Notes under the pieces: model-generated
What the model was told of the DNA's origin: nothing
The model's database searches: none
What the model saw: only the letters and a program-made list of their open reading frames with translations
Source: an uncultured Lichenihabitans sp.
GTDB lineage: Bacteria; Pseudomonadota; Alphaproteobacteria; Acetobacterales; Acetobacteraceae
DNA length: 64,000 nt
Assembly (NCBI GenBank): GCA_964658455.1
Contig: CAZZZA010000001.1
Coordinates: 3,705 to 67,704 of the forward strand
Direction of reading: 5' to 3'
Program-made: the position numbers and the translations under genes
In this document: positions 25,952 through 34,993 of the stretch, one piece after another
Layout: each line of letters opens with the position of its first letter
Numbering within the stretch: position 1 is the first letter of the stretch

Positions 25952-28545
25952 GCGCGGCGCGACCGTCCGGCCCGGTTCGGCCCGCGCCGGGGCGGTCGCG
26001 GGCCGGCCTGCCGGGTCAGGCGGCGCAGTTCCTGGGCATGGCCCGGCGCCAGCACCAGCGCCTGCGTCGAGGGCTCGGCCTCGCCCTTTGCCTCCGCCAG
26101 CAGCGCCTCGGTCTCGGCGAGCATCGCGTCCTCGTCGGCGTCGCTGCGCACGAACTCGCGGCCGATATCGAGCATCACCGGGATCGCCAGCGGCGAGACG
26201 CGGTCGAGCCTGGCGACGCGGATATGGCGCTCGACCCGGAGCAGCATGTCGGCCAGCCGGTCCACGTCGGTCAGGCCGCCGGCGGCCTCGGCGCGGGTGG
26301 CGCGCAGCAGCACATGGTCGGGCTGGTGCCGGCGCAGCACGTCGTAGACCAGGTCGCTGTTGATGGTGACCTGGCGGCGGGTCCCGGTCTGTCCGGGATG
26401 CTGCCGCTCGATCAGGCCGGCGATCACCGCGACGTTGCGGAAGGTGCGACGCAGCATCGAACTCTCCGCCATCCAGTCCTCCAGATCGTCGCCCAGCATC
26501 TCCGGCGCGAACAAAGCAGGAATATCGCCGGGCGGGTTCGCGCACCAGAGGGCGATCGCGTAGTCGGTGGCGACGAAGCCGAGCGGCGCGGCGCCGTCGC
26601 GCGACAGGCGGCGGGTCAGCAGCATGCCCAGCGTCTGGTGCGCGTTGCGGCCCTCGAAGCAGTACGCGACCAGGAAGAACCGCCCGTGGCGGGGAAAGAT
26701 CTCCACCAGCAGGTCGTCCGGGCCCGGCAGCAGCGAGCGCTCGCGCTGCAGCTCGAGCCATTCCCGTACTGGCTCCGGATAGGCCGACCAGGCGTCGGGA
26801 TCGTGCAGCATGCGCCGCACCCGCGCCGCCAGGCCGCTGGTCAGCGGGAAGCGCGATCCGGCATAGGTCGGCACCATCGGATCGCCGGCGCCGCCTTCGG
26901 CGACCTCGACCACCGCCTCGCGCAGCCGCACGAATCTGAGCTTGCGCCCGGCGAAGATGAACGCGTCGCCGGGTGCCAGCATGTTGGCGAAGCTCTCCTC
27001 GATCTCGCCCAGCGTGAAGCCGCGCGGGCCGCCGAGCCTGACCTTCATCACCGGCGCCTCGACGATGGTGCCGACATTCATCCTCGCCTGCCGCGCCACC
27101 CGCTCGCCGCGGATCTGCACCATGCCCTCGGAGTCGCGGAACAGCTTGCGGTAGCGCTCGTAGGCGGCGAGCGCGTAGCCGCCATCCTCGACGAAGCCGA
27201 GCACGTCGTCGAAGTCGCGGCGCGCCAGATCGGCATACGGCGCCGCCATGCGGACCTCGTCGTAGAGCGCATCCGGGCTGAACGGCGCGCTCGCCGCCAT
27301 CAGCAGGACATGCTGGGCCAGCACGTCGAACGCGCCCGGGCGCGGCGGCTCGCCATCCAGCTCCATCGCGCCGACGCCATGGATGGCGGCCTGGCATTCC
27401 AGCACCTCGAACCGGTTGGCCGGCACCAGGATGGCGTTCGAGGCCTCGTCCATGCGGTGGTTGGCGCGGCCGATGCGCTGCAGCAGCCGCGACACGCCCT
27501 TCGGCGCGCCGACCTGGATCACCTGGTCCACCCCGCCCCAGTCGATGCCCAGATCGAGCGAGGAGGTGGCGATCACCGCGCGCAGCCCGTCGCCGCCATG
27601 GTTGCCGCGCGCCATCGCCGCCTCGACCCGGCGGCGCTGCGCGATGTCCAGGCTGCCGTGATGCAGCGCGATCGGCAGCGTGTCGTCGTTGATGCGCCAG
27701 AGCGCGGCGAACAGCAGCTCCGCCTGGGCGCGGGTATTGACGAACACGATGGTGGTGCCGGAGGCGGCGATCCGCTCCAGGATCACCGAGGCGCCGGCCA
27801 GGCCCATCCGGCCGGACCAGGGCACATGCTGGTCCGGCAGCAGCATCGACAGCGCCGGCGGCGCGCCGCGCCTGGCCTCGATCAGCACCGCCGGGCGCTG
27901 CGGCGTGCCGACGAAGCCGCGCAGCGAGTCCGGCCAGGCGACGGTGGCGGACAGGCCGACGCGGCGTGCCTCGGGCGCCAGCAAGCGCAGCCTGGCCAGG
28001 CAGAGCGCAAGCTGGTCGCCGCGCTTCAGGCCGGACAGCGCATGCACCTCGTCGATGACGATCCGGCGCAGCCCGGCGAAGGCGGCCGCCGCGTCCGGCC
28101 GCGACAGCAGCAGCACCAGGCTTTCCGGCGTGGTGAGCAGGATGTCCGGAGGGTGGGTGCGCTGGCGCGCCCGGCGGTCCGCCGGGGTGTCGCCGGTGCG
28201 GGTCTCGACCCGCAGGCGCAGGCCGAGCTGCTCGACCGGCTCGGTCAGGTTGCGGGCGATGTCGGTGGCCAGCGCCTTCAGCGGGCTGACATAGAGCGTA
28301 TGCAGGCGATCGCGCTCGCCGGTCTCGTCCAGCTCGACCAGGCTCGGCAGGAAGCCGGCCAGGGTCTTGCCGCCGCCGGTCGGCGCCACCAGCAGCACGT
28401 CCTGCCCGGAGCGGGCGGCCTCGAGCACCGCGAGCTGGTGCGGCCGGGGCTCCCAGCCGCGGCCGGCGAACCAGGCGGCGAAGCGCTGCGGCAGAATCGC
28501 TGGCGGCGGCGTGCTGTGACCCCGGTTCCGGGTGGTGGCTGGCAT
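25948..28545 (-). CDS. ligase-associated DNA damage response DEXH-box helicase (Lhr-like)
   Basis: 865 codons from MPATTRN: RPHQLAVLEAARSGQDVLLVAPTGGGKT (Walker A), IDEVH (DExH), SATV. The ORF-track extension to 30027 is spurious. Confidence 0.88.
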   Translation of the reverse strand: MPATTRNRGHSTPPPAILPQRFAAWFAGRGWEPRPHQLAVLEAARSGQDVLLVAPTGGGKTLAGFLPSLVELDETGERDRLHTLYVSPLKALATDIARNLTEPVEQLGLRLRVETRTGDTPADRRARQRTHPPDILLTTPESLVLLLSRPDAAAAFAGLRRIVIDEVHALSGLKRGDQLALCLARLRLLAPEARRVGLSATVAWPDSLRGFVGTPQRPAVLIEARRGAPPALSMLLPDQHVPWSGRMGLAGASVILERIAASGTTIVFVNTRAQAELLFAALWRINDDTLPIALHHGSLDIAQRRRVEAAMARGNHGGDGLRAVIATSSLDLGIDWGGVDQVIQVGAPKGVSRLLQRIGRANHRMDEASNAILVPANRFEVLECQAAIHGVGAMELDGEPPRPGAFDVLAQHVLLMAASAPFSPDALYDEVRMAAPYADLARRDFDDVLGFVEDGGYALAAYERYRKLFRDSEGMVQIRGERVARQARMNVGTIVEAPVMKVRLGGPRGFTLGEIEESFANMLAPGDAFIFAGRKLRFVRLREAVVEVAEGGAGDPMVPTYAGSRFPLTSGLAARVRRMLHDPDAWSAYPEPVREWLELQRERSLLPGPDDLLVEIFPRHGRFFLVAYCFEGRNAHQTLGMLLTRRLSRDGAAPLGFVATDYAIALWCANPPGDIPALFAPEMLGDDLEDWMAESSMLRRTFRNVAVIAGLIERQHPGQTGTRRQVTINSDLVYDVLRRHQPDHVLLRATRAEAAGGLTDVDRLADMLLRVERHIRVARLDRVSPLAIPVMLDIGREFVRSDADEDAMLAETEALLAEAKGEAEPSTQALVLAPGHAQELRRLTRQAGPRPPRRGPNRAGRSRRA

Positions 28546-28613
28546 GACCGGGAGATAGGCGCGATCGCGCCCGGCCGAAACCCGGCGCCGCGGCCGGCTC
28601 GCCATGGGCGCGG

Positions 28614-29231
28614 TCAGGCATAGGTGGCGGACAGGCGCTGCAGCTCCAGCCCGTTCAGCCGATCGGCCTCGCTGCCGCCCGGCGCGTAGGCCGCCAGTTC
28701 GGAACTGGTCCAGGGCCGGTCCGGGGTCGGGTCGGCCGGGGCCGCCGCCGCCGCCCCGGTGGGCGATGCCGCGCTGTCGCCCGGCGCCGCGGCGGTCGCG
28801 GTCGTCGCGGCGGCAGGGTGGAACACGTGGCCGAGCAGGGCGCGGACGATGCGTTCCGGGTCGATGCCGGTGACCTTCTCGGCGACGGTGATGCCGAGGC
28901 CGATCGGGCCGCTGAGCGCGAAGCTGGTGCCGAGCGAGGCGACGAAGCGCAGCGTCGCGTTGCCCTCGTCGCCGGTCGCGGCGCGATACAGCGCGCCGAC
29001 CACCGGGATGTATTGCAGCGGGTTGATGTCGGACAGGAAGGCGCGAAACGCCGAACCCTGGCTCTTGTCCGTGGCCGCGGACGAGCGGGTAGGCGCGGGG
29101 GCGGCCGTCGCGGCGGTGGTTTCGATGGCCATGGCAGCCTCCTGGCCGCGCAGCATCGGCCGGCGGGATGAATCCCCGGTTAACGCCGCCGCCTCGGCGC
29201 CTGACACAAATCCGTAATAATCCATTGCCAT
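28614..29231 (-). CDS. hypothetical Ala/Thr-rich protein
   Basis: 205 aa. Central conserved-looking block FLSDINPLQYIPVVGALYRAATGDEGNATLRFVASLGTSFALSGPIGLGITVAEKVTGIDPERI. No family recognised, and the start may be internal. Confidence 0.45.
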   Translation of the reverse strand: MAMDYYGFVSGAEAAALTGDSSRRPMLRGQEAAMAIETTAATAAPAPTRSSAATDKSQGSAFRAFLSDINPLQYIPVVGALYRAATGDEGNATLRFVASLGTSFALSGPIGLGITVAEKVTGIDPERIVRALLGHVFHPAAATTATAAAPGDSAASPTGAAAAAPADPTPDRPWTSSELAAYAPGGSEADRLNGLELQRLSATYA

Positions 29232-29259
29232 TCTCGGCCCGGATCGGGAGGATCAGCCG

Positions 29260-30309
29260 GTGATCAGCGATTCCGATATCGTCAACGGCTACATGTGGCT
29301 GCTCGGACGCATCCCGACCGAGGCGGATCTCGCCGTCTATCGCGCCCGTTTCAGCGACGGCGGCCCTGACGCCGTGCGCAGCTTCCAGTACGAGCTTCTC
29401 GCCTCGGAGGAGTTCCGCAACCGGCGCCTGCTGATGCAGCGCATGCACCATCTCGGCCGCCCGGCTTTGCACCAGGACCGCCTCGCCTTCGTGCATATCG
29501 AGAAATGCGGCGGCACCACCCTGCATGCGATGCTGTGCGGGCAGTTCGCGCCGGAGCGGATCTGTCCGGAACGCAACGCCTCGCTGGGCGACTGGACCGT
29601 CAACGAGCTGGCCGCCTACCAGCTGTTCTCCGGCCATTTCGACCTCGCCTACTGCCGCTCGATCCCGGGCACGGTGCGGGTGCTGACGATGCTGCGCGAG
29701 CCCAAGGCGCGCCTGTTGTCGCTGTACCGGTTCTGGAAGGCGCACCGGCCGGATCGCGACCGCGACTTCTACGACCTGCTGGTGCTGGCGCGGAGCTGCA
29801 GCGCCGAGGCGTTCTTCGCCCATCCGCGCGTGACCCAGCACCCGGCGCTGCGCGACGGCATGGCCGGGCAACTGACCCGGTCCGACAGCGTCTGGGCGCT
29901 GCTGCCGGGTCATCCGATCATCGACGATCCGGACGGTACGCTGCAGCAGGCCTGGGCGGCGTTGGAAGCCATGGCCGCGTTCGGCATCCTGGAGGCGTTC
30001 GAGCAGAGCCGGCGGCTGTTCAACCACCGGCTCGGCCTCGCCCTGACGCCGATCGCGCCGCGCCAGGTGCTGTCGGACCTGGTGCGCGACAATGCAGAGA
30101 TGGTGGCGCTCGAGCTCGAGCCGATGACGCCGCGGCTCGACGCGCTGCTCGATGCGATGACGCCGATCGACCGGCCGCTCTATGCCCGGGCGCGTGCCCT
30201 GTTCGAGCGGCGGGTCGCAGAGATGGACGCGCCGGAACCGGTGGCCCGGCGCCGGCTCATGCCGAGCCGGGCGAGCCTTCCAGGGTCACGCCGTTGGCGC
30301 GGGCGATGA
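29260..30309 (+). CDS. sulfotransferase-family protein (Sulfotransfer_2-like) with an N-terminal DUF4214-like segment
   Basis: GTG start. HIEKCGGTTL resembles the 5'-PSB loop (HIPKTGGT type), followed by LREPKARLLSLYRF. The 3' end overlaps the convergent gene by 53 nt. Confidence 0.6.
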   Translation: MISDSDIVNGYMWLLGRIPTEADLAVYRARFSDGGPDAVRSFQYELLASEEFRNRRLLMQRMHHLGRPALHQDRLAFVHIEKCGGTTLHAMLCGQFAPERICPERNASLGDWTVNELAAYQLFSGHFDLAYCRSIPGTVRVLTMLREPKARLLSLYRFWKAHRPDRDRDFYDLLVLARSCSAEAFFAHPRVTQHPALRDGMAGQLTRSDSVWALLPGHPIIDDPDGTLQQAWAALEAMAAFGILEAFEQSRRLFNHRLGLALTPIAPRQVLSDLVRDNAEMVALELEPMTPRLDALLDAMTPIDRPLYARARALFERRVAEMDAPEPVARRRLMPSRASLPGSRRWRGR

Positions 30310-31165
30310 TGTCGGACAGGGTCGGCACGTAGCCCTCGCCATGGCCGAGCCCGACCGCCAGGGCGAAGCTGTTGCGCACCGAGGCGCCGACCGGGTTGGC
30401 GGTGGCCGACGCGTTGGCGTAGCCGGCGAGATAGGTGAGGTCCTTGAGCGCGTTCGACAGCGTGAATTTGTGCGCCTCCGGATTGCCGCCGACCACATAC
30501 TCGAAGAAGGTCTGGAAGAACGGGCAGTCCATCCGGCCGCCGCCGATCACCGCGTGGAACACGCCGGGGGAGACCCCGGCCTTGGCGCCCAGCGTCAGCG
30601 CTTCGGCATAGAGCGCCGCATAGCCCAGCGAGACGAAGTTGTTCAGCAGCTTCATCATGTGGCCGCTGCCGGTCGGGCCGGTCTCGACGATGCGGCCTGC
30701 GAACGCCTCGAGCACCGGCCGCGCGCGGGCGACGTCCGCCGCCGCGCCGCCGACCATCACATCGAGCGTGCCGGCCCAGGCTTCCTTCGGCGTGCGGCTG
30801 AGCGGCGCGTCGATCAGGGTGATGCCCTTGGCCGCCAGCTCGTCGGCCAGCGCCCTGGTCACCGCCGGCTCGGAGGTCGAGCAGTCGATCACCAGCAGGT
30901 CGCGGCCGCAGGCGCCGAGCCCGTCCGGCCCTTCCACCAGGGCGCGCACCTGCGGGCTGCCGGTGACGCACAGCACGACGATGTCGCTGGCCTCGCCCAG
31001 GGCGCGGGCGCTGATCGCCTCGGTGGCGCCGCGGCCGATCAGGTCGTCGATCGCCTCGCGCTTGCGGTGCGCCAGCACCGTCAGCGGGAAGCCTTTCTCG
31101 AGCAGGTTCTTGGCCATGCCATGGCCCATGAGACCGAGGCCCGCGAAACCGATTCTTGCCGTCAT
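30257..31165 (-). CDS. NAD(P)-dependent beta-hydroxyacid dehydrogenase (3-hydroxyisobutyrate dehydrogenase family)
   Basis: MTARIGFAGLGLMGHGMAKNL and later MKLLNN. Start taken at 31165. Confidence 0.8.
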   Translation of the reverse strand: MTARIGFAGLGLMGHGMAKNLLEKGFPLTVLAHRKREAIDDLIGRGATEAISARALGEASDIVVLCVTGSPQVRALVEGPDGLGACGRDLLVIDCSTSEPAVTRALADELAAKGITLIDAPLSRTPKEAWAGTLDVMVGGAAADVARARPVLEAFAGRIVETGPTGSGHMMKLLNNFVSLGYAALYAEALTLGAKAGVSPGVFHAVIGGGRMDCPFFQTFFEYVVGGNPEAHKFTLSNALKDLTYLAGYANASATANPVGASVRNSFALAVGLGHGEGYVPTLSDIIARANGVTLEGSPGSA

Positions 31166-31175
31166 GATCGTCCTT

Positions 31176-32276
31176 TCAGGTGCTTTCGCGAACCGCCAGC
31201 CTGCAGCCGACATCGACGCGGGAGGGGCCGTGGGCGGCGCCGGTGATGCGGGCGAGCAGTTTCGCCGCGGCGATGGCGCCGATATCGAGACGCGGCGAGA
31301 CGATGCTCGTCAGCGACGGGCGGGTCAGCGCGCCGATATCGAGGCCGTTGAACCCGGCGATGGCGATCCGCCCCGGCACCGCGATGCCGTCGCGTGCCGC
31401 GCGCAGCAGCGCGCCGACCGCGAGATCGTCGTTGGCGAAGAACAGCGCGTCCAGTTCCGGCGCCTGCCGCAGGACCAGATGCAGCTGCTCGCCGCCGCGC
31501 TCCGGGCTCGACGGCGCGTCGTAGGTGAAGGGCGGCCGGCGCGGCAGCCCGGCATCGGCGAGCGCGCGGTCGAGGCCGCGGAAGCGTTGCATGGCGCGGT
31601 AGTCCGCCTCCAGCCTGCCGCCGACGAAACCGATGCGCCGGTAGCCGCGCGCGATCAGGTGCCGTCCCATCATCATGCCGGCTTTGACATGCGACAAGCC
31701 GACATTCATGTCGATCGGCCGCGCGCCGAGTTCCATCACCTCCACCACCGGCCGGCCGCAGCCGCGCAGCAGCGCCGTGGTGCGCTCGGCATGCCGCATG
31801 CCGGCGACGATGATGCCGGCCGGCGACCAGCCGAGCAGGGTCGAGACCAGTTCGGTCTCGCGCGCCAGGTCGTACTGGGTGTTGCCCAGCAGCAGCTGGT
31901 AGCCGGCATCCTCCAGCACGGTCTGGATGCCCTGCACCACCTCGATGAACACGGCGTTGGCCAGCGACGGCACGATCACCAGCACCACCCGGCTTTCCGC
32001 CGAGGCCAGCATGCCGGCGAAGCGGTTCGGCACGTAGCCGAGTGCCGCGACCGCATCGTCGATCAACACCCGCAAGGCCGCCGAGACGCTCTCCGGCGCG
32101 TTCAGCGCGCGCGACACGGTGATCGGCGCGACGCCGGCCCGCTCGGCCACGTCCTTGAGCGTGACGGCGCTGGTCCTGGCGCGCCGCCGCACGCCCGGAC
32201 CCGGGCCCTGATCCGGCCCCGCCGCGGGCCCTGCGGCCGGACGCTTGATGGTGTGCGCGCTCATCCGCGCCGACAC
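31176..32276 (-). CDS. LacI-family transcriptional regulator
   Basis: VTLKDVAERAGVAPITVSRALN is the HTH. The remainder is a periplasmic-binding-protein-like sugar-binding core. Confidence 0.85.
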   Translation of the reverse strand: MSARMSAHTIKRPAAGPAAGPDQGPGPGVRRRARTSAVTLKDVAERAGVAPITVSRALNAPESVSAALRVLIDDAVAALGYVPNRFAGMLASAESRVVLVIVPSLANAVFIEVVQGIQTVLEDAGYQLLLGNTQYDLARETELVSTLLGWSPAGIIVAGMRHAERTTALLRGCGRPVVEVMELGARPIDMNVGLSHVKAGMMMGRHLIARGYRRIGFVGGRLEADYRAMQRFRGLDRALADAGLPRRPPFTYDAPSSPERGGEQLHLVLRQAPELDALFFANDDLAVGALLRAARDGIAVPGRIAIAGFNGLDIGALTRPSLTSIVSPRLDIGAIAAAKLLARITGAAHGPSRVDVGCRLAVREST

Positions 32277-32331
32277 TAGCCCCAGGAACGCCCGGTCGCC
32301 AAACCACCGGTCGACGCGCGGCGACGATTGA

Positions 32332-32345
32332 TGGTTGCGCTACCA
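32332..32345. promoter_or_regulatory. candidate LacI-family operator
   Basis: TGGTTGCGCTACCA is palindromic at 12 of 14 positions with a CG-containing centre. It lies in the divergent spacer between the LacI gene and the ABC transporter operon. Confidence 0.35.
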
Positions 32346-32447
32346 AAATCCAAGGTCTAGGGTCTGCCGGCAATCGGGTGGCACGCATCGCCCGTGCTGT
32401 GAACGGCAACGAGCCGCAGGGATGAGGAAGTTCGGGAGCATGGCAGG

Positions 32448-34004
32448 ATGTCCGCGCCGCTAGCGCCAGGCCTTCGCAAAGGTGTCTATCGTGCCGTCGA
32501 TGTCACCAAGAGCTATGGCCCGGTCTCGGTGCTGCGCGGCGTCGGCGTCACGCTCGAGCCCGGCCGCGTGCATACCATGATGGGCGAGAACGGCGCCGGC
32601 AAATCCACCCTGTTCAAGGTGATGGCCGGTCTCGTGCGTCCGAACGGCGGCAGGCTGGAACTCGATGCCGAGACGGTCTCGTTCGGCTCGCCGCACGAGG
32701 CGCATGCACGCGGGATCTATCTGGTGCCGCAGGAGCCGGCGCTGATGCCCGAACTAAGCGTGGCCGAGACCATGTTCGTCGGCCAGCTGCCGGTCACCGG
32801 CGGCCTGCTCGGGCGGATCGACTGGCGGGGGATGCGCAGCCGCGCACGCGAGGCGCTCGACACGCTCAGCCTGGATATCGATGTCGGAGCGCTGAGCCGC
32901 AGCCTGTCGATCGCGCAGCAGCAGCAGATCGAGTGCGCCAAGGCGCTGCTGCGCGGCTGCCGGGTGATCCTGTTCGACGAGCCGACCTCGCCGCTGACCA
33001 CGCACGAGGTCGAGCATCTGTTCTCGACCATGCGCCGCCTGCGCGACCAGGGCTACACGCTCGCCTTCATCAGCCACCGCATGGACGAGGTGCTGGAGAT
33101 ATCGGACGACATCAGCGTGCTTCGCGACGGGATGCTGGTCGACAGCGTGCAGCGGCCGGCGTTCGACCGCACCCGGCTGCTGTCGCAGATGGTCGGACGC
33201 GAGATGCGCACGATCCCGCGCCGCGCCTCGAGCTGTGCCACGGACGAGGCGGCGCTGGTGGTGCGCGACCTCGCGCACTCCACCCGCTTCGCCGGTGTCA
33301 GCTTCACCCTGCATCGCGGCGAGGTGCTGGGGCTGGCGGGACTGGTCGGCGCCGGCCGCACCGAGATCGCCGAGACGATCTTCGGCCTGCGACGCCGCGA
33401 CCATGGCAGCGTGGTGCTGTCGGGCACGGACATCTCGGCATGGCAGACCCATGCGATCATCGCCAAGGGGCTGGTCTATGCGCCGGAGGATCGCGCCCAT
33501 CACGGCGCGGTGCTGCCGATGACGATCGCCCAGAACGTGACGTCGGGGCTGATCGCGCGCGTGCGCAGCCGTCTCGGTCTGATGGATCATGCCGACGAGG
33601 ACAGGATCGGCGCCGAGACCGTGCGACGCTACCGGGTGCGGTGCGCCGGCACCGACCAGACGCTGCGCGAACTCTCGGGCGGCAACCAGCAGAAAGTGGT
33701 GTTCGGCAAATGGATGGGGCTGTCGCCGAGCGTCGCGATCCTCGACGAGCCGACCCGCGGCGTCGATGTCGGCGCCAAGGACGAGATCTACGCGCTGATC
33801 GAGGAGCTGGCGCGCGAGGGCATGGCGATCCTGGTGATCTCGTCGGAAATGGAGGAGCTGGTCCGGCTCTGCGACAGGATCCTGTCGGTCTACGAAGGCA
33901 GGATCGTCGCCGAACTGCAGGGCGACGCGATCACCCCGGAGCGCGTCGGGCGTTCCTATCTCGGCCACGCGGATGCCGGTAGTGGCGTCGGGGCGGCGGC
34001 GTGA
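32448..34004 (+). CDS. sugar ABC transporter ATP-binding protein (duplicated ATPase)
   Basis: 518 aa with two Walker A motifs (GENGAGKST, GLVGAGRT) and LSIAQQQ / LSGGNQQK signatures. Confidence 0.9.
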   Translation: MSAPLAPGLRKGVYRAVDVTKSYGPVSVLRGVGVTLEPGRVHTMMGENGAGKSTLFKVMAGLVRPNGGRLELDAETVSFGSPHEAHARGIYLVPQEPALMPELSVAETMFVGQLPVTGGLLGRIDWRGMRSRAREALDTLSLDIDVGALSRSLSIAQQQQIECAKALLRGCRVILFDEPTSPLTTHEVEHLFSTMRRLRDQGYTLAFISHRMDEVLEISDDISVLRDGMLVDSVQRPAFDRTRLLSQMVGREMRTIPRRASSCATDEAALVVRDLAHSTRFAGVSFTLHRGEVLGLAGLVGAGRTEIAETIFGLRRRDHGSVVLSGTDISAWQTHAIIAKGLVYAPEDRAHHGAVLPMTIAQNVTSGLIARVRSRLGLMDHADEDRIGAETVRRYRVRCAGTDQTLRELSGGNQQKVVFGKWMGLSPSVAILDEPTRGVDVGAKDEIYALIEELAREGMAILVISSEMEELVRLCDRILSVYEGRIVAELQGDAITPERVGRSYLGHADAGSGVGAAA

Positions 34005-34993
34005 GCGGGGCGGTCGCGGTGCCACAGCGGGCCACGGCGCCGAGGGCCCGCGCCGGTGCCGCGCGGCGCGATCCGCGCGCGATCGTGCTGATCGGGGTGA
34101 CCATCCTCACCATCCTGCTGGTGGGCCTGTTCGACCACGGCTTCATGGCGCCGCAGAACCTGCGCTTCATGGTGCTGAACTGCGTGGTGCTGTCGCTGCT
34201 GGCGCTGGGCCAGACCCTGGTGATCGCCACGCGCGGCATCGATCTGTCGGTGGCGCCGGTGCTGGGGCTGAGCGCCATGGTGACCGGGCTGATGGCGCAG
34301 ACCGGCGGATTGCCGCTGGCGGCAGCGTTCGCCCTGGCGCTGGCGATCGGGCTCGTGCTCGGCACGCTGAACGGGCTGCTGGTGGCCCGGCTGGCGATTC
34401 CGCCGATCATCACCACGCTCGGCACCTACAGCCTCTATAGCGGCCTGATCTTCCTGTATTCGGACGGCACCCAGGTGACGTCGGTGCCCGCCAGCTACGC
34501 GACGCTGGGCAACGGCATCGTGCTCGGCCTGGTGCCGATCCCGGTGCTGGTGCTGCTCGCGGTGCTGGCGGTGATCTGGTTCGTGATCGGCCACAGCCGG
34601 TTCGGCCGCGCGGTGCTGGCGATCGGCAACAACCAGGCCGCCTCCTACAATGCCGGCATCCCGGTGACCGCGACCCAGGTCGGCGCCTATGCGGTGAGCG
34701 GCGTGCTGGCAGCACTCGCCGGGCTGATGTTCGTCTCCTATACCGGCTCGGCCACCGTCACCACCGGCACCGGCGACCATATGGAGCTGCAGTCGATCGC
34801 GGTGGCGCTGATCGGCGGCACCGCGATCTCCGGCGGCCGCGGGCCGGTGATCGGCAGCGTGCTGGGCGCGCTGTTCCTGAGCGTGGTGCTGACCGCCCTG
34901 GTGTTCGTGCACGTGCCGCCGATCTGGTACTCCGCAGGCGAGGGCTTGATGATCCTGGTGGCGGTCACCGCCGGCTCCAGGCGGGCGTCATGA
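34001..34993 (+). CDS. sugar ABC transporter permease
   Basis: 330-aa polytopic protein of the RbsC/branched-type permease pattern (GIDLSV). Its start overlaps the upstream stop. Confidence 0.85.
   Translation: MSGAVAVPQRATAPRARAGAARRDPRAIVLIGVTILTILLVGLFDHGFMAPQNLRFMVLNCVVLSLLALGQTLVIATRGIDLSVAPVLGLSAMVTGLMAQTGGLPLAAAFALALAIGLVLGTLNGLLVARLAIPPIITTLGTYSLYSGLIFLYSDGTQVTSVPASYATLGNGIVLGLVPIPVLVLLAVLAVIWFVIGHSRFGRAVLAIGNNQAASYNAGIPVTATQVGAYAVSGVLAALAGLMFVSYTGSATVTTGTGDHMELQSIAVALIGGTAISGGRGPVIGSVLGALFLSVVLTALVFVHVPPIWYSAGEGLMILVAVTAGSRRAS

Noticed and set aside
28546-30027. N-terminal extension of the 1359-aa ORF 25948..30027, plus ORFs 25250..28621 and 26038..28623
   Set aside because: The helicase motifs begin right after the Met at 28545. 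The extension overlaps the hypothetical gene and the sulfotransferase in other frames. The other two ORFs are alternate-frame or antisense artefacts of the helicase gene.
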